Origin: an uncultured Verrucomicrobiota bacterium
GTDB taxonomy: Bacteria > Auribacterota > JABMQX01 > JAFGEW01
Direction: 5' to 3'
DNA: 46,357 nt
Assembly: GCA_964500825.1 (NCBI GenBank)
Contig: CAZCQN010000005.1
Location: 1 to 46,357, forward strand
Shown: positions 45,710 to 46,357 of the stretch, piece after piece
Layout: the number at the start of each line of letters is the position of its first letter
How positions within the stretch are numbered: position 1 is the stretch's first letter
Notes under the pieces: generated by a model
The model's input: the letters and a program-made list of their open reading frames with translations, nothing else
What the model was told of the DNA's origin: nothing
Database searches by the model: none
Made by a program: the position numbers and the translations under genes

Positions 45710-46357
45710 ATGGCCCCAAGTCACGGCGAGATTACGCGCCGCCACGTCGGCCTGGTGCTCGCGCTCGTGCTGTTCGTCTTCTTTCTCGCCGTCAAGCCCA
45801 TCCACAGTGAGGACCCCGCCGCAACCGCCTCGCTCAACCGGATGGCCGCCGTCGCCCTGCTGATGGCCGTGCTGTGGATCACGCAGGCGATCCCCATCCC
45901 GGCGACCGCCCTGCTGCCGCTCGCGTTGTTCCCCTTGCTTGGTCTGATGGACAGCGCGACGCTGGCGCCGATCTACATGAATGACAATATCTTCCTATTC
46001 GTCGGCGGGTTTCTCATCGCCATCGCGCTCGAGCGCTGGCAGCTCGCACGGCGCATCGCGCTGAGCATCGTGCTCGCGTTCGGCTCGAGCCCGCGCGGCC
46101 TCATCCTCGGCTTCATGGCGGCGACCGCGTTCCTGTCGATGTGGATCTCGAACACCGCCACGACGATGATGATGTTCCCCATCGGCCTCTCCGTGATCCT
46201 GCTCGCCAAGGAGCTCGGCCGGACCCGTGTCGGCCTCACGAGCGAAGGCGCCGCGCCGGCCGTCTCGCTCGGTGCGTTCCCGGCGGCGCTCATGCTGTCG
46301 ATCGCCTATGCGGCCAACATCGGCGGAATCGCCACCAAGATCGGCACGCCGCCCAAC
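45710..46357 (+). CDS. SLC13/DASS family sodium-coupled dicarboxylate/sulfate symporter, 3' part outside window
   Basis: Absent from the ORF track because there is no stop in the window. Manual translation from ATG 45710 (AGGAGG upstream) gives LWITQAIPIPATALLP, FLFVGGFLIAIALERWQLARRIAL, LSMWISNTAT (SNT motif) and AANIGGIATKIGTPPN. Confidence 0.92.
   Translation, partial: MAPSHGEITRRHVGLVLALVLFVFFLAVKPIHSEDPAATASLNRMAAVALLMAVLWITQAIPIPATALLPLALFPLLGLMDSATLAPIYMNDNIFLFVGGFLIAIALERWQLARRIALSIVLAFGSSPRGLILGFMAATAFLSMWISNTATTMMMFPIGLSVILLAKELGRTRVGLTSEGAAPAVSLGAFPAALMLSIAYAANIGGIATKIGTPPN

Overview
GC-rich (roughly two-thirds G+C by inspection) chromosomal segment of a diderm, LPS-producing bacterium. 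The fused lpxC-fabZ, the zinc-ribbon SpoVG and the rplI-dnaB-bamA-skp-lpxD order suggest a PVC-superphylum-like lineage (inference). From left to right: (1) a MarR-MFP-RND efflux operon on the minus strand, truncated by the window edge; (2) a co-directional plus-strand run of about 20 kb: membrane SpeE-like methyltransferase, ispA, a DUF4412-like protein, an MTAP-family phosphorylase, an amidohydrolase, ispE, spoVG, tRNA-Gln(UUG), prs, rplY, pth, rpsF, ssb, rpsR, rplI, dnaB, bamA, skp, lpxD, lpxC-fabZ, lpxA, lpxI and an OsmC-like gene; (3) a Ni/Co ECF uptake operon (DUF4198, cbiM, cbiL-like, cbiQ, cbiO) ending in a fused periplasmic-domain/NicO(RcnA) permease with a 29-His loop and preceded by a NikR-like 27-bp dyad; (4) an orphan secreted protein, a flavin reductase, addAB and an M1 aminopeptidase with HEAT repeats; (5) a sugar/polyol cluster (Zn-dehydrogenase, MtlD-like enzyme, PfkB kinase, Gfo/Idh/MocA oxidoreductase, partial DASS transporter) with REP-like palindromes in its convergent intergenic regions. 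No prophage, transposase, integrase or CRISPR array was seen. Most of the window is housekeeping. The best candidates for under-described biology are the His-rich metal operon, the polyol-phosphate module lacking a linked PTS, the deaminase plus 6-oxopurine phosphorylase pair next to a membrane methyltransferase, and a nested palindromic repeat. All family assignments come from reading motifs by eye; no database searches were run.
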